From the human T2T-CHM13v2.0 reference genome, Homo sapiens: a DNA stretch of 64,000 nucleotides. The notes beneath the pieces are model-generated. The model did no database searches. It saw only the letters and a list, made by a program, of their open reading frames with translations, and had not been told where the DNA came from. This document shows, one piece after another, positions 16,544 through 31,136 of this stretch. The position numbers were made by a program, and so were the translations under genes. Within the stretch, counting starts at the first letter, position 1. Each line of letters opens with the position of its first letter. The stretch lies in assembly GCF_009914755.1 (NCBI RefSeq), contig NC_060926.1; one strand, 5' to 3'.

Positions 16544-16855
16544 CAGGGGCTGCCAAACTACAGCTCATGGATCAAATTTGGTGAATCATTTGTTTTTGTA
16601 TAGCCCTCCAGCTAAGAATCATTTTTACATTTTTAGATGACTGAAAAAAATAACATCTTGTAACATAAAAATTATATGAAATTCAAGTTTCATTGCCCAT
16701 ATACAAAATCTTATTGGAGTGCAGGTACATTTGTTTACATATTGTCTATGGCTGCTTTCATGCTCCAACATCAGAGTTTTAACAAAGACTGTATGTCCCG
16801 CAAAGCCAAAAATAATTACTTGTCAGTTTCTTACTAAAAAAGTTTGCCAGCCCGT
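16544..16855 (+). mobile_element. MER58B-like hAT element
   Basis: caggggctgccaaactac...attgtctatggctgctttc...aaaaagtttgcc. Confidence 0.75.
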
Positions 16856-16929
16856 CTTAACATAATAAGTGTAAGTAACATCAGAAAGGTCCCATTAAAA
16901 GTGACCGCTATTGTAAACTGCCTTTAGTA

Positions 16930-17370
16930 GTATATGATAGATTATGTTATTGTTCTCAAGTCCTCTCTGCTTCTGTGTAACAGGATTATATATCTATAGC
17001 CATGTGGATATGACATTGCAGCGTCATCCAGTAGCATTCTACAAAGTATGCATCCCTGCTCCGATGTCTTCAGGCTGGGTCATGATATGCTTTGGCCAGT
17101 GGAACATTAACAGATGTGATGTGAGTGAGGCTTTAAATGTGCTTGCAGAGTTTGGCCTAGGTTCCTGAGCTTCTGTTAGCTGCCATGAGGTAGCAGCCAT
17201 CTGTTCTGGTAACCATTGGTCCTAGAGTGAGAGACATGCAGAGCAGACCTGAACTTGAAGCCGAGTCAACCCAGCAGGTGTGCAGACCCATGAGTGAGAA
17301 ATGAATGTCTGCTGTTGAGAGTCACTAAGATTTGGGGGTTATCTGTTATGCAAAAGCTTGACTAATACTG
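16930..17370 (+). mobile_element. MLT1 MaLR LTR (old subfamily)
   Basis: tgctttggccagtggaa...cactaagatttgggggttatctgttatgc...gactaatac. Confidence 0.7.
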
Positions 17371-17902
17371 TCGAATTCATCCCTTATTAGTTATGGTGAG
17401 ATTTGTGTAGCCCTCCTATGCTAATAATATAACAACTGGAAATCTCATTAGGTTTTGAAAGAAATGATATGGATTACCACAGGTAACCTGTAAATGTAAC
17501 ATATTTATACTGCTTTATGAGTATAGTCATAAGTTTGAGAAAAGTCTATTTATCTTTTTCACAGAGCTGTTCTAAAGCCTTGAAATCACATTTTCTGTGG
17601 ATTTATTGTCCAATTGTATAAAAGACACTTGGTTGCTGTTAAAATGGATGAGCTGAACTTCTATGCTTCTCCAATCCTCTACTACTCTTGTCTGATGCAT
17701 GGGGTGAAATGATTTTCTGTATGCATTCTGTTTGTGATTGCTAAGTCTTGAAATGCAAATGTATTTTTACCTACAAAGTGGGAATCTTTTGTTGATATAA
17801 AATTTTGCTGTAGTAACTAATCTAAATCTATACAAGTTTGGTGTTATTTCCTATGGGTATTTAGAATCTGATTATATTAGTGAAGGTGTATAATTTCCTT
17901 AA

Positions 17903-18135
17903 AGCAAGGTTTCTTAACAGTGGCACTATTGACATTTCGGGCTAATTACTTGCGTGGGGAGCTGTCTGTGCATTTTGCAATGTTTAGCATCCCTGGCCCC
18001 TGCAAGTTAGATGCCAGTAGCACATCCCCAGACCCTATTCTCCTTACCCTGTGTGGTCATGACAATCAAAAATGTCTTCAGCCATTGCCAAATGTCCTCT
18101 GGGAGGCAAAAATCATCCCATTTGAGAATGACTGC
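17903..18135. mobile_element. MER20 hAT element
   Basis: ggcactattgacatt...gatgccagtagcac...cattgccaaatgtcc...tttgagaatgactg. Confidence 0.85.
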
Positions 18136-18881
18136 CTTATGAGGGGAGCTCTAATGCAGTGGTTTTCATAACTAGTTACACATTATAATACTGTAGTAAG
18201 CCTTTTTTTTTAAAAAAGTCTTATTTTGAGATAATTTCAAAATTACTGAAAAATTGCAATAACAATACACAGAACTCTCATGTACCAATTGTTAGTATTT
18301 GCCAGATGTGCTTTTCATTCTTTCTCTACATATATGCATAAATATTTCACTTTGACTCATTTGGGAATAAGTTGGATACAGGATGCTCCCTTGCCCCTTA
18401 ATATTCAGTGTTTATTTCCTAAGAACAAGGACATTCTCATACATAATCCCAGTAGGATTAGCAAAAACAGGAAATTTAAGATTACTACAATATTATCTAA
18501 TCCACAGTTCATATTCAAGCTTTGCCAGTTATCCCAAAATGTCCCTTGTGACTACTTCGTCACTGTCCACAATTCAATAAAGGATACACATGGTATTTTA
18601 TGGTTGTATCTCTTTAGTCGCCTTTAATTTAGAACAATTTCTTAGCCTTTCATTGTTTTTTATAACCTTAGTATTTTTCAAGTGTACAGGCTAATTATTT
18701 TATAGAATGGTTCTTGATTTGAGTTTGTCTGATATTTCCTCATGATTAGATTCACGTTATGCAATTTTAACACAAACATTAGTGAGTAATGCTGTAAACC
18801 TCTCAGTGCATCTCCTCAGGAGCCACTTGATGAAGGTAAATCCCTTTATTGGTGAGGTTAACGCTGATCATTTGATTAGGA

Positions 18882-19352
18882 TGTATATTAGTTTCCTAGG
18901 GCTGCCATAACAAATCATCACTAACTGGATCACTTAAAAAAGGTATGAAGTTCTTCTCTCACTGTCTGGAGGGCAGAAGTCCAAAAATCAAGGTGTCGCT
19001 AGACCCTACACCCTCTGGAGGGTCTAGGGGAGAATCCTTTTTGCGCCTCCCAGCTTCTGCCAGCATTCCTGTGGCTGCATCACTTCATCACTGCCTCCAT
19101 CTCTGCATGGTCGTCCCCTCCTTCTCTTTGTCCATGTCTTCTCTTCTGTCTCTTGTCAGGACATTTGTCATTGATTTAGAGTCCGTCCAAGTAATCCCAA
19201 CTGATCTGATCTCAAGATCCTTAGTTTAATTACATCAGCAAAGATCCCCCCCACCCCACCATTTTTTTTTTTTTTTTCAAATAAGGTCACATCCCAGGTC
19301 CTGGCAATTAATATGTGGACATATCTTTCGGGGGTCACCATTCAAGCGAGTA
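18882..19352 (-). mobile_element. MLT1 (C/D-like) MaLR LTR
   Basis: tgtatattagtttcctagggctgccataacaaat...gtggacatatctttcgggg. Confidence 0.82.
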
Positions 19353-19854
19353 CATTTGGTGGCTGCCAGCTTGTTTCACTGTGAAGTTATTATTTTCTCT
19401 TTGGCATTAAAAAGTAATTTGTGGGAAGACTATGTAAATATTTTATTCCTCATCACAATTCTCACCCATTAGTTTTAGTATTTATTGATAATTCTAATTC
19501 AACTGATTTTCTAATTTCATCATTCCTTCTAAATTTTTTAGTTAGCATTCTGTTTTAAGAGCTTCTCTCTCTCCCTTCTTTCCTTCCTTCATCCTTTCGT
19601 CTTAACAATATAGACGTATTGATTCTTATTTTATTCGCTGGGTTATAACCTATTATTAGTTTTATTTTCATGATCAAATTTTGCTACACCTGGCCTGCAA
19701 GAGTCTGCTTGCTTCTGTTTCCTTTGACGTGATCTCCATCATTTTGAGGAATTTTTTACTTTCTGGCACAAAAAAATGTTCTAAGCTCAGGTTTTTCCCA
19801 CCTCAGCCCTATTTCACTAAGGAGTCACTGGATTCTTTTAGTGGGCAATAGTGG

Positions 19855-19997
19855 TTTTTTTGTTGTTGTTTGTTTTTTTGTAGACACTGGGTCTCCCTAT
19901 GTTGCCCAGGCTGGTCTCGAACTCCTGGGCTTAAACAATCCTCCTGCATCAGCCTCCCAAAGTGCTGGGATTACAGGTGTGTCCCACCGTGCCCATC
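19855..19997 (-). mobile_element. FLAM_C-like Alu monomer
   Basis: ctatgttgcccaggctggtctcgaactcctggg...; approximate TSD ggcaat(a/g)gt. Confidence 0.85.
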
Positions 19998-21029
19998 TTG
20001 GCAATGGTATTTAGAAACCAAAATCTTGGTGTCTCAGGAGCTTTTTAGGAAAAAAAATGTTTGAGTTCTGCTTTGGGAGATTGCAATACATATATCCTGG
20101 GGCAGGGCCCAGAAGAGAGAGAGAGAATGTGTGTGGGTGTATGTGTAAAGTTCCAGGTTGTTCTGTTGCATAACATTGTGTGGGAACTACTGCTGTAATG
20201 CATTTAAACCATGATTTAGCTTGTGCTAATTTTTTCAGTCACACATTTTTCATCTAAAGGGACAAACAACTGTCTCATATCTTAATTACTGGATACCAGA
20301 AAACTAAGCAAGATAAAACCTACAATATCTGAAAGAATTTACTAGGTATCAGATGTCAATGATGGATGTTTAAGATAGAAAATGTGTTGCATAATGTAAA
20401 ATAATTATTGATTATGAAATCAAGCCAAGCTAGATTCAAGTCTAAATGTAATTACAATTTCAATTAAAAGAGAAAGTGGAATTTTTACTTTTAAATTGCA
20501 TTTCTCTGACTATAATCCCTTTCTCTGTCACTCTCTATCTCACATTATAGAATTCATCACTTTATGGGAAGGGGTGCAGGAAACACAAAGGTTTTCACAA
20601 TGGAATGGAAAAATAATCTATTTCAATATCTGTGCTTGACTATCTTCAATAACAGATAACTCAGAGAAGGAACAAAATTACTCCAGTGAAGTCAACTGCA
20701 ATGTTGAATAGCTATATCACATTTTGGTATTGAGCGTGAAAAAGCATTTTTCCTGTATGAAATTTTGGGTTAATCTTTTTTATTTCTTAAAAAAAAGAGC
20801 ATTCCAAGGTACTAAGATTCATATCTTGGGGAAGAATTTTTTTCTATCTACAGATGATCAGTGAATATACTGAGACTTTGAGTCTGTAACTTTGCCTTAG
20901 TAAAAAGGAATATAATATAACTCCTCTTTCAGAAGATAAATTAGAAGAAAATTCCACCACTGCAGTGAGAATTATAATTCTTAGCATTAATAAATAGTAA
21001 TTGTCATTTTTGAGTATATACCAGGAATT

Positions 21030-21940
21030 TTAAACATCAACTTTATTTTACCAATAAAGAAACTAAAGTTCAGAAAAATGAAGTAAATTTTCCAAGGTCA
21101 CAAAGTTAGGAAATGGTTAAGCAGGGACTTTAGCCCAGTAAGGATAGGCTAAGTTATGGTACAGCAACAAACAACTCTCAAATCTCAGCAGCTTATAATA
21201 ACGAAGGTGTAGCTCACGCTGCATGTACATTGTTGGTGGGCTTTGGCTCCACTCAATTACAGATTCACTAGAACTCAGGCTGACATGAAGCCTCTGTCTG
21301 TCTGGAGTTGTAGCAGAGGGGAAGGGGAGCACAGAAAACAACACACTGGCTCTGAACGCTTGTATAATACCTGAGAGAAGGAACAAAACCGCTTTAGTGA
21401 AGCCAATAGTGCTGCTGAACAACTAGGTCACATTTCGTTGTTGAAGAGTGGTATTTTGTATTTCAATAGCCAGAGCAAGTTATAGCCAAACCTGATGTCA
21501 GTGAGGTAGGGAAGTAGTGTCCTCTGATAGGGAGGGCCAGCCAAATATTTGTGGACAGTAACAGATTGATGTGTGGATGGCATCATTTCACCTGAAGCCC
21601 ATGTAATAGTTCCTTGGCCTTGGCAATTGATCTACTTTGGTCCAAACAGAGGGAAGCAAAGATTGCTGTCTGATGTTGGCGGAAGACTTGATCTTGTTAT
21701 TTCTCTAACCAATATGGAGCTGCTGCAGTCATTTTTCTACCACAAGGAAAGAAGTGTGACAAAAGCAGGAAGGCAGTGTCAAGAGCAAGGGAGCCACAGC
21801 ACTGAGGACCCCATGAATCTCTGGAGCAGTTCAACCTGAGAATGGTCCACACTCTGAACTTTCTAGCGACGTAGTTTCATAAATTCTCTTAGGTTTAATC
21901 CAGTTTGCATAAAATCTTTTATTACTTGTATTTCTAAGAC
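21030..21940. mobile_element. MIR plus old MLT1 LTR fragments
   Basis: gaaactaaagttcag...ccaaggtcaca (MIR); aggataggctaagttatg...caaatctcagcagctt (MLT1). Confidence 0.55.
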
Positions 21941-23698
21941 ATAATATTAAAATCCAAGGCCTAGCATAGTTCTGAACTGTCTTGAAAGAGGCACACATGT
22001 GTATATGTATAATATGCTTAATTTTGTGTAAAGCCAATGTAGCAACATTATGAACATTTTTTTAAATAAAGAGAAAATGATCTATTAGCATATTACCCTA
22101 AAACATCAACTATTAGTAGGTTTTTGTATACCTTTCCAGTCCCCTCATCCCCACCATGTGCATTTATTTTTACATAGGTTGTTTCATTGCATACAAATAA
22201 TTTTGTATGCTAGTCTTTTCACTTAAATGTATATTAAAGTTCTTTTCCACCATTGTTGTATAACATTTATAAGGATTATTGGAACAGCTACATAATATTT
22301 CAGCAATTGGCCATAGTATAGTTAGATAAAAATTTTTCCTAATTTTGGACATTTAGGTTACTTCCAGTTTTTTTATTTCATAGATAATAGTGCCATGCAT
22401 GTATAAATATATGTGTGTGAAGGAAAATTGGAAGGGTATATATAAAAACTGATACGATTGGATGCTTTTGTTCAGCCTCTGTGAACTCTAGACCATAAGG
22501 TGATCAAACTCACAGAATGTCTTTGTTCTAGAGACCCACATACGTAACACTGGTATCCTTTATTGTGCTAGGTTAAAAAATGGTATAAACATCTTTATAC
22601 CACTTTTTGGTATAAATATAATTTTTGTTAGATTAAATAATTCTTATTTGGAATAATATTTGGAATAATTGATTAAAATTGAGAATACTAACTTCTGAAT
22701 GGAAGGATGTGGGACTTGCTAACATATTAGTAGTAAGTCAGAAGGAAATGCTTATTGGGATGAGTCAATAAAGAATATAGGCACAAATTATCTTGTGCTG
22801 GGATCCTCCAATGACATATGCTGCTCATGCAAATGTTTGGCCATTGTCCTCTAAGGAAGTTACACTGAAGGGGTCCAGCTCTATACTGTCCCTTGAGAGT
22901 CAGTTTGGTGTTCTGTATGGGTCAGATGGCCCTGTGGGCCTGGCCTGCTCACTGGCCTCCGAGAGTGCTCTGTCTCTGGTCCAGCATGCCCCAGTAACTT
23001 CACAGCTTGAACACTTTCCAGAGAACTCAAGATAGTAGTTCTCTTGCTCACCTGAGATTTGTATAGATTTTTATCTATTTGTTAGAAATAATTAAAAGGG
23101 GCTTAGATGTTGGTATTCAACAATAATGTCCAGGCAGTTCTCCAAGCCTATTTATTTTTCTCAGTCTTTTTTAGGAATTGGAAGACCAGTGGATCCTTGA
23201 TTGGATGTTGAACTTTGTGGCCCTGCTAATCTTGATCTAGAGGTACAGGGCTGCAGCTGTAGATCTTGATACCTATTTCTCATCCCAGGTCTCTAGGTCT
23301 CAAACATGATTTCTTGACAGTGATATTAGCAGAAGCATTTAACCTGTGGCCACAGGGGCATTAACAGCAGAGTCAGTTTGTGCAGTGGATCTGATTTCCT
23401 AAATTAGGGAATTGTTCCTTGGTAGGGCGTAGGCTGGCTAGGGACAAAGCAGTTATGGGGAGTGGAACAACAGGGGTGTATATTAGTAGCTTTTGAGCAG
23501 AGAACAAAAAAATGGGCCTACATTTCAAAAGAAGCCTAGTAAGAAAGAATCTGCTCATAATAAAGTTGGTCAAGTAGAGGCTCACGAGAAAAGGCTATAC
23601 CATCTCTTCAGAGACAGTGGGAGTATAGGTTGACCTATAAGTGAGAGGATCTGTAGCATCTGTTCCCAGGAAGTGGGGACAAGGATTGAGGACTGCCA

Positions 23699-23742
23699 GT
23701 GAAAATTAGACCTTGTAAAAGTGAAAATTAGACCTTGTAAAA
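23699..23742. repeat. Perfect 22-bp tandem duplication
   Basis: gtgaaaattagaccttgtaaaa occurs twice in tandem. Confidence 0.95.
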
Positions 23743-25913
23743 CAGACAAAATGCAATTCCTACTTGCATCTCTTCCATGATTGCTGCATAAATGAGCAAC
23801 TTGTGCAATCACTTTAACTGAAATGACTAATTATTTAACATATATCTTTGGCTAAATCCCATTCAGAGAACACAGAGAAATAATGGCTTATTTTTTATTA
23901 CAAATTTTAAAATGTTTAAATTTTCAACCAATGGTTTTAGTATTATCTTAGATACTGCCTTAGAGTCTGCTTTTATAGCACTTCTCTTCCAAAAAACTTC
24001 CAGTATAATGCCAAGAACATTTATCCTTCATAATTCAAACTTGGAGTTATGCCAAAGCCTGTTATAAATTTTATTTTGATACTTGATTCTGAATATGTAA
24101 CGTAGACCAACATATCCTTATTCATTTTCAACAAATGCCAAACTTTCAAAGCAGCGTTATACAGGTGACTTCTTTAACAAGACTTTAGGGTCCTCAGGCT
24201 ATCTCAGGTGCACAAAATGGAAACTCCCTGAGGGCAGGGCCAAGCCTGTAGTGTTCAGTGGCTTCTCCTCAAGCTTAATAAGCCCTATACTGGCTCAATG
24301 GATAATACATGCTAATGGATTTCTTCTTATAGCTATATTTACTGAAAAAAAAAAAGGTTAAGGGGAAGTAGAATAATACATTTTATTGGATGAAGGAACT
24401 TGAATGAAGTTCCCATTTAGTGAAATATGTGCTTAGCACATAAACTAAGTATATAGCTGTTTAAAAAGAGACAAAAGCCAAAAAGTCTGTAGCATGTTTT
24501 CTCTTTTCAGTATTCCCCAGTCTACAGTTTATTATTCCATTTTCTTAATGGTTTTTCTCTGCCCTCTATAATTACCCTGAAGGACCATCACTAAAGGGCG
24601 AATCTGGTACTTCTGCTTTCAGAAGTAGCCCTTGTTACCTCATGGAGATGAAATTCTCTGGCTTTCAGTTCCCATTTGGTAATAGCCCCATGCACATCCA
24701 CTCTGACAGGCGATTGGTTGCTTTTGGCAGCAGAGTGAAGTGTGTGCACAGGGATGGCGGATGGAGGAAACTCTGCAGAAGAATTCAGGAGTGAGGACAG
24801 CCTGGACTGGTTGGGAAGGGGCAGCTAAGAGAACAGGTGCCATGGATGCTGTTCAACAAGAATGGCAACTCGAAGAGCTGTGGATAACCCACAGGGAGGC
24901 TGACTGGCATGTCCACCTTCCCTATTTTCTGAGGTAGCCATTGCCCTCCCATATATTCTTGGAATCCTTATCCACATTGCTTGCCCAACAAACATTCAGT
25001 AAAGACAAATGGGAAAACTTGAGAATAATCCAGAATAGCTTGGTACATGGAGAAAAGCAGTCGTAGTATACAGCAATTACTCAGAGAGCTAAGAGTCTGA
25101 GGTCTTCAATTTTATTTCTGGATAACAATTTACTTTAATGTAGAAATATACTTGGCATCTTTACTTTAATCAGTCCCCTGTGAAGTGGGCATAATTTCAT
25201 TAATGTATGCCATACAGATGCTATTGTGAGGATTAATTAATGCTTTTAAAATGTGGACTTCAAATTAAAATTATTTCACCTTGAACCAAATAAAAGACCC
25301 TTAAAATTAACAGACACGTATATCTATACATGTTAACTACTAAGGAATTTCCTTTCTTTTTTCTCTGTTAGAACTGAAAAACCCCAAACAATAGGATGTG
25401 TTTAACTCCACCATGTAACTGTAGTTACTAATGGCAGAAACAATGCTCACATAAGTGCTGGAAGACTTAGCAATTCCTTGAAGAATCTGATTCATAAGGG
25501 AAAAGTGCTCTTCAGCTATTTTAAGCACTTAGGTGCATGTTCTCTGAGTGAGTCTACTGTCATAGCAACTGATTTACCGCAGAAAAGCAGGGAAATGTCT
25601 TAAGTCAGAGGTGCTTTTCCTTACCCTTTATTTGGGAATCTTTTCCTTGACTTTTAGAATTAAACTTTGTGACTCAGACAACTATCATGAAAAATTTCAT
25701 TCAATGAATAACAATTCTGTGGCAGTTAAAAAATTTCTAAAGTGCCAGGTTTAATAGATGTTCAGATGTTACGGTTTAGCACCTAAGGTCCTGAAAGCAT
25801 GCCAGAATACCAGATAGTGTGACATTCATGTGACAGTGAATGAGAAAATGAACCTGTGGGTTTGTATAAATATATACAGAAAATTCAGATTGAGAGAATC
25901 CAGACCAGTCTGA

Positions 25914-26174
<261 letters not shown>

Positions 26175-26576
26175 GGATCACCCTAATTTTAATCACCTTA
26201 TGGTTAATTTGATCCCACACAGAATTACAAACTACATATTCCAAAAAAGTCAATCAAATAACCAATAGCCTGAAAAAAGGTATCCCACATTTAGAAACTG
26301 TCTGAGGGGAAAAAAATTAATCCTTTGGGGTAGATGTTTTAGTGGCTCCCCATCAATAAACAATGAAACAATTGGTGAGGCGGGAGATACTGTGTAATGA
26401 CTTTTGTGTGATGATAAATTTCTAAAAGGGGTTTCATTTCCTCTATAACACTTGAATTTATTTTATACACAAAGGTTTTGTATAAAACGGCCATAGACAT
26501 TCACCAAATCAAAGTGTTAAACTTGGGCAAACATATTAACTTTTAAAAAAAGAGAAGCATAAGGAAAGAAAATACA

Positions 26577-26938
26577 TACCTGAAATCACTTATCCAAAAC
26601 CCTCAGGGTCCAGAAGTGTTTTGTAATGTAAGGCTTTTTGAATCTTGGAGTGATAATGAGATAAATTATATGAAATCATACATAAGATACCCTGTGGGGT
26701 GTGGGGCAGCACCCTGTAATGAAACAAATTGATATTGCTTCAGTGAAATGTGTGAACATTCACACTGATTGTGATCAATGGAGATTAAAAATAGCCTCAA
26801 GTCAGTTGAGGACAAGTTTTGTTGCCAAATGAGTTTACGTCAGGTCAGGTTTTGATGCCAAATGAGTTATGAAAAGTCTTTCATTTATCAAATCTCTTTG
26901 GACTTCCAAATAGGTAGAAAAGGGATTGTCAACCTATA
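26577..26938. mobile_element. MER46C-like (TcMar-Tigger) element
   Basis: cttatccaaaaccctcaggg...agggattgtcaacctata termini. Confidence 0.65.
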
Positions 26939-27289
26939 CTGCCTCATGCAATGGCTAACATACTTTTCCCTCTGCTCATTGAATGCAGCTGAAAATATGC
27001 ACTGTTCAAAAAAGGAAATAGATGAATTAAGAAGTGTCGGAGCTACAAGAAGTTAGCAAAGAAAAACAGAAATATTTGGGAACATCTGCCTTTCAACAGA
27101 ATATTTTTACTGTTTCTAGTAAAAACAATAAGCTGAATGGATGGAAAAACTGGCCTGAGATATAGTGTGATGGTGCATTGTTGGCACAAATATGGGCAAT
27201 TAGGAAAAAACTTCACACAATAGTGGAACAAGAATGTGAAATGGGGAATAATGTTCTATATACGGGCTGTCTAGCAACAATAGGTATTT

Positions 27290-27971
<682 letters not shown>

Positions 27972-27999
27972 GTATTATCATGTGAAAGACACAGCTGTG

Positions 28000-28150
28000 G
28001 AGAGGCAAAGGGTAAGGGATTTGGCATCAGTTAAACTGAGGTAAGCCTCAGCTTCCCCATCTGTGAAGTGGGGAGAGTTACAGGTTGTTGGAGGCACAAA
28101 TAAAACCTGTAAAACACTTAGCATAGTGTTTGGTATATGGTTAGCAGTGG
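28000..28150 (+). mobile_element. MIR
   Basis: gcctcagcttccccatctgtgaagtggg...aaaacacttagcatagtg. Confidence 0.65.
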
Positions 28151-28377
28151 AAAAAAGAAAGAAAGCAAAAAGTTTTTACAGTCGGTAAAGGTACAAATAT
28201 CTCATTCATCCAGTATGTTTAGTTGACATCAGTGATGTCACTGGATTACACAGAAATGGGCAATATTCTCTACTAGCAATATGCCTCTGATGAGGCCACT
28301 CTTATGAGAAAAATACATTTGAGTGATGTCTCTTGAATAGAAATCTTGCTTCAGTTACACCTTAAAATAACATCAAA

Positions 28378-28602
28378 GTGACTATAGTAAATAATAAGTT
28401 AATTGTACATTTTAAAATAACTAAAAGTGTAATTGGATGGTTTGTAACACAAAGGATAAACACTTGAGAGTGTGGCTACCCCATTCTCCATGGTGTGATT
28501 ATTATGCATTGCATGCCTGCATCAAAACATCTCACGTACCCCATAAATATGTATACCTAGTATGTACCCATAAACATTTAATTTTTTTAAAAAAGAAAAA
28601 AG
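28378..28602 (+). mobile_element. L1MA 3' end
   Basis: aattgtacattttaaaataactaaaag...tgtaacacaaaggataaa...A-rich tail. Confidence 0.82.
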
Positions 28603-29329
28603 AACTTTTTTTTGGTCATTGTTGTTAAGATAACTAACTTCCCCATTCTGGCCCACTGCCCTAAACTTTCCACTTTGTTTTGTGTGATACTGGGTTTTGT
28701 ATCAACCAGTGTAGAAGCCTCCAGAATTTGGCTACATCTGGGTTCAGAAAACTATTTTCTTCTCCAGTTTTCTGAATGAATCTTATTTCTTGGTTGTCAT
28801 ATCTCATAACTCACATCCTTCTACGTAGTGAATTTTGGGCTTTCTCTTTCCCCTTCATCATAAAGCTACATACCTGAAAGACAGCGAGCCATTCCTTTTT
28901 ATCACTTTTCCTCAATTTTCACTATAAAACTAATTCACATACTTGGTTGAATTTTTTTTTTAAAGAACATAGATGTGTCTGTGAGCACACACGTGTATGT
29001 GTGAAGTAAACAAGTAAAAGGAAAAAAATCTATCATGAACTTCCACAGGTTCATTACCTCAACTCCACTTTCCAAAGATAATTGATGTTAACCATTAGGC
29101 CTGTGATCTTCCAAACAACTTTTTAGGTATATCCATAACCGTTCACATTCTATGTGTTAGGGAGAAATTTATTGTTGAAGATTTAGTAAAAATAAAGTAA
29201 TTATATACATACTGTTCTGCAGCTTGGTTTTTTTCATCTTTAACAATGTACTATGGACATCTCATATTGTTACAAATATAACTTTCCCATTTTTGTAGTA
29301 AGTCGTATTCTTTAAGCATAATTGTGTAT

Positions 29330-29930
29330 AGTCATTAATTTATTCATTTACTTAAGTAATAGCTGTTGATCATAAAAATGAGGAAAATATGTGCTAGTTG
29401 CTGTGGAAAATACAAAGTTGTAAGAGACATAGTTTTTGCCTATTGGATTCTTATTATAATCTGGAAAAATAAATAAGACAGGAAAATATATAACAATGAT
29501 ATTAAGTAGTATAAGTCAGAAGAAAGTAAATTAACTTTTAAAAAGCTGACCAGGACGGCTTTTTAGGAGATTTGGATTTGTACTGAGATGAGAAAGATTG
29601 ATTGGATTTCAACAAATGTAAAAGAGGTTAAAAAAAATCGCATTAGTGAAATCTTCAAGGGAAGAAAAAATAGGACATGTTTAAAGGAAGGTCACCTCAT
29701 TTTGTCAAATCCAAATGTACTGATTGTAAAACATCTTGATTTCAGAGATATTAAAAAGTGGGAGGGAAATGTTCAAGTTAAATCAAGAAAATATAGTATT
29801 TGGTCAATTTGATTGGAGTGGCAGATTTCCAGAAGGTGGAACCGGTAGCTAAATCTGGAACAGTAAGTAGAGCCAGACAATGGGGAATCTTGAATGCCAG
29901 GGTATATCTGATATTTTCTGTTTTTATTCT
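29330..29930. mobile_element. L2 fragments
   Basis: attcatttac...atgtgctagttgctgtgg...tcttgaatgccagg. Confidence 0.45.
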
Positions 29931-30009
29931 TTTTCCAGATATTTCTTTTTTATTAAAAGCTGTTAGAAATTAGGATGAGACCAGATAACCTAACCTTAAA
30001 AACTAAGTC

Positions 30010-30320
30010 GGCCGGGCATGGGGGCTCATGCCTGTAATCCCAGCACTTTGGGAGGCCGAGGCAGGTGAATTGCTTAAGGTCAGGAGTTTGAGACCAGCCT
30101 GGCCAACATGGTGAAACCCCATCTCTACTAAAAATAGAAAAATTAGCCATGCGTGGTGATGTGCACGTGTAATCCCAGATACTCGGGAGGCTGAGGCAGG
30201 AGAATTCCCTTGAACCCGGGAGGTAGAGGTTGCAGTGAGCTGAGACCGTGCCATTGCACTCCAGCCTGGGTGACAGAGCAAGACTCCATTTCAGAAAAAA
30301 AAAAAAAAAAAAAAAGAAAA
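30010..30320 (+). mobile_element. AluS
   Basis: Full dimer with poly(A). Confidence 0.95.
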
Positions 30321-31136
30321 GTCTATATTCTAGAGTTCTTATTCAAATGATGTCTTTAAAACTATTGGTACATTGTGGCAGGCTCTTCCATTAGCTGTTT
30401 CTTTCATAAAAAAGTTAATATTTTAAAAATTAATTTACTCATGTGTTATTTCATGTGCCCAGTATTATGCTAGGCACCAGGGTATCAATAGTGAGCAGGA
30501 CACATTCTTAGTTCCCAGTGCTCACAGCCTGGTTGACAGACTTTCCAGCACCTTCTCCTCACTTCTCAGACATCATCAGCGTCAAACTTTGCCTGCCTAT
30601 CAACCATTAAAAAAAAACGTCACCTAGACATCACCTTCTGCTGCTTCGGCCTTGTTCCTGGTTTGTGGTTATGATTTCCTGTTTGCCTTGCTGAACTATG
30701 ATTTCTTGAAATCCCCATGCCCTTTCTTAACTCGTAGGTGACTTTTTTTTTCCCCACTGTACTTTACTTAAAGCAGAGCTATTTACAAATGAACTTTCAT
30801 TTTTGTCATAGCATCTTCATAATTATTTTCTAAAATTAGAAAAAAAGTAGGTTTTTAGATTCCCTTGGTGTTGATGAAGACAACTGCAATGAAGATGCTG
30901 TTGTGGACTTAGAAATATGCTAAAATCCACCACAAAAAGTTTCCTTTTATAAACACACATGGAGAAAATCTCTATTTGGGACAGAATTTGGCATGAAGCT
31001 CTGCATTCACACTTAAGATTTTTAGTTTCCTTGAGAAATTGACCCCTCTAGTGTTGTGAAATGTCTCTCTTTATCACTAATAGTATTCCTTCTCCTAGAG
31101 TCTACTTTGTCTCATGTTAATACAGCTATTCTAGTA

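Larger units (their letters stand above)
18215..20032 (-). mobile_element. L1MC-like 3' fragment with nested MLT1 and FLAM
   Basis: ttattttgagataatttca...aagaacaaggacattctc...tttagaaaccaaaatctt. Confidence 0.7.

Noticed and set aside
24639-24937. GC-richer patch with ORFs on both strands and a minus-strand donor GAG|GTAACA
   Set aside because: No recognisable protein and no supported acceptor or partner exon
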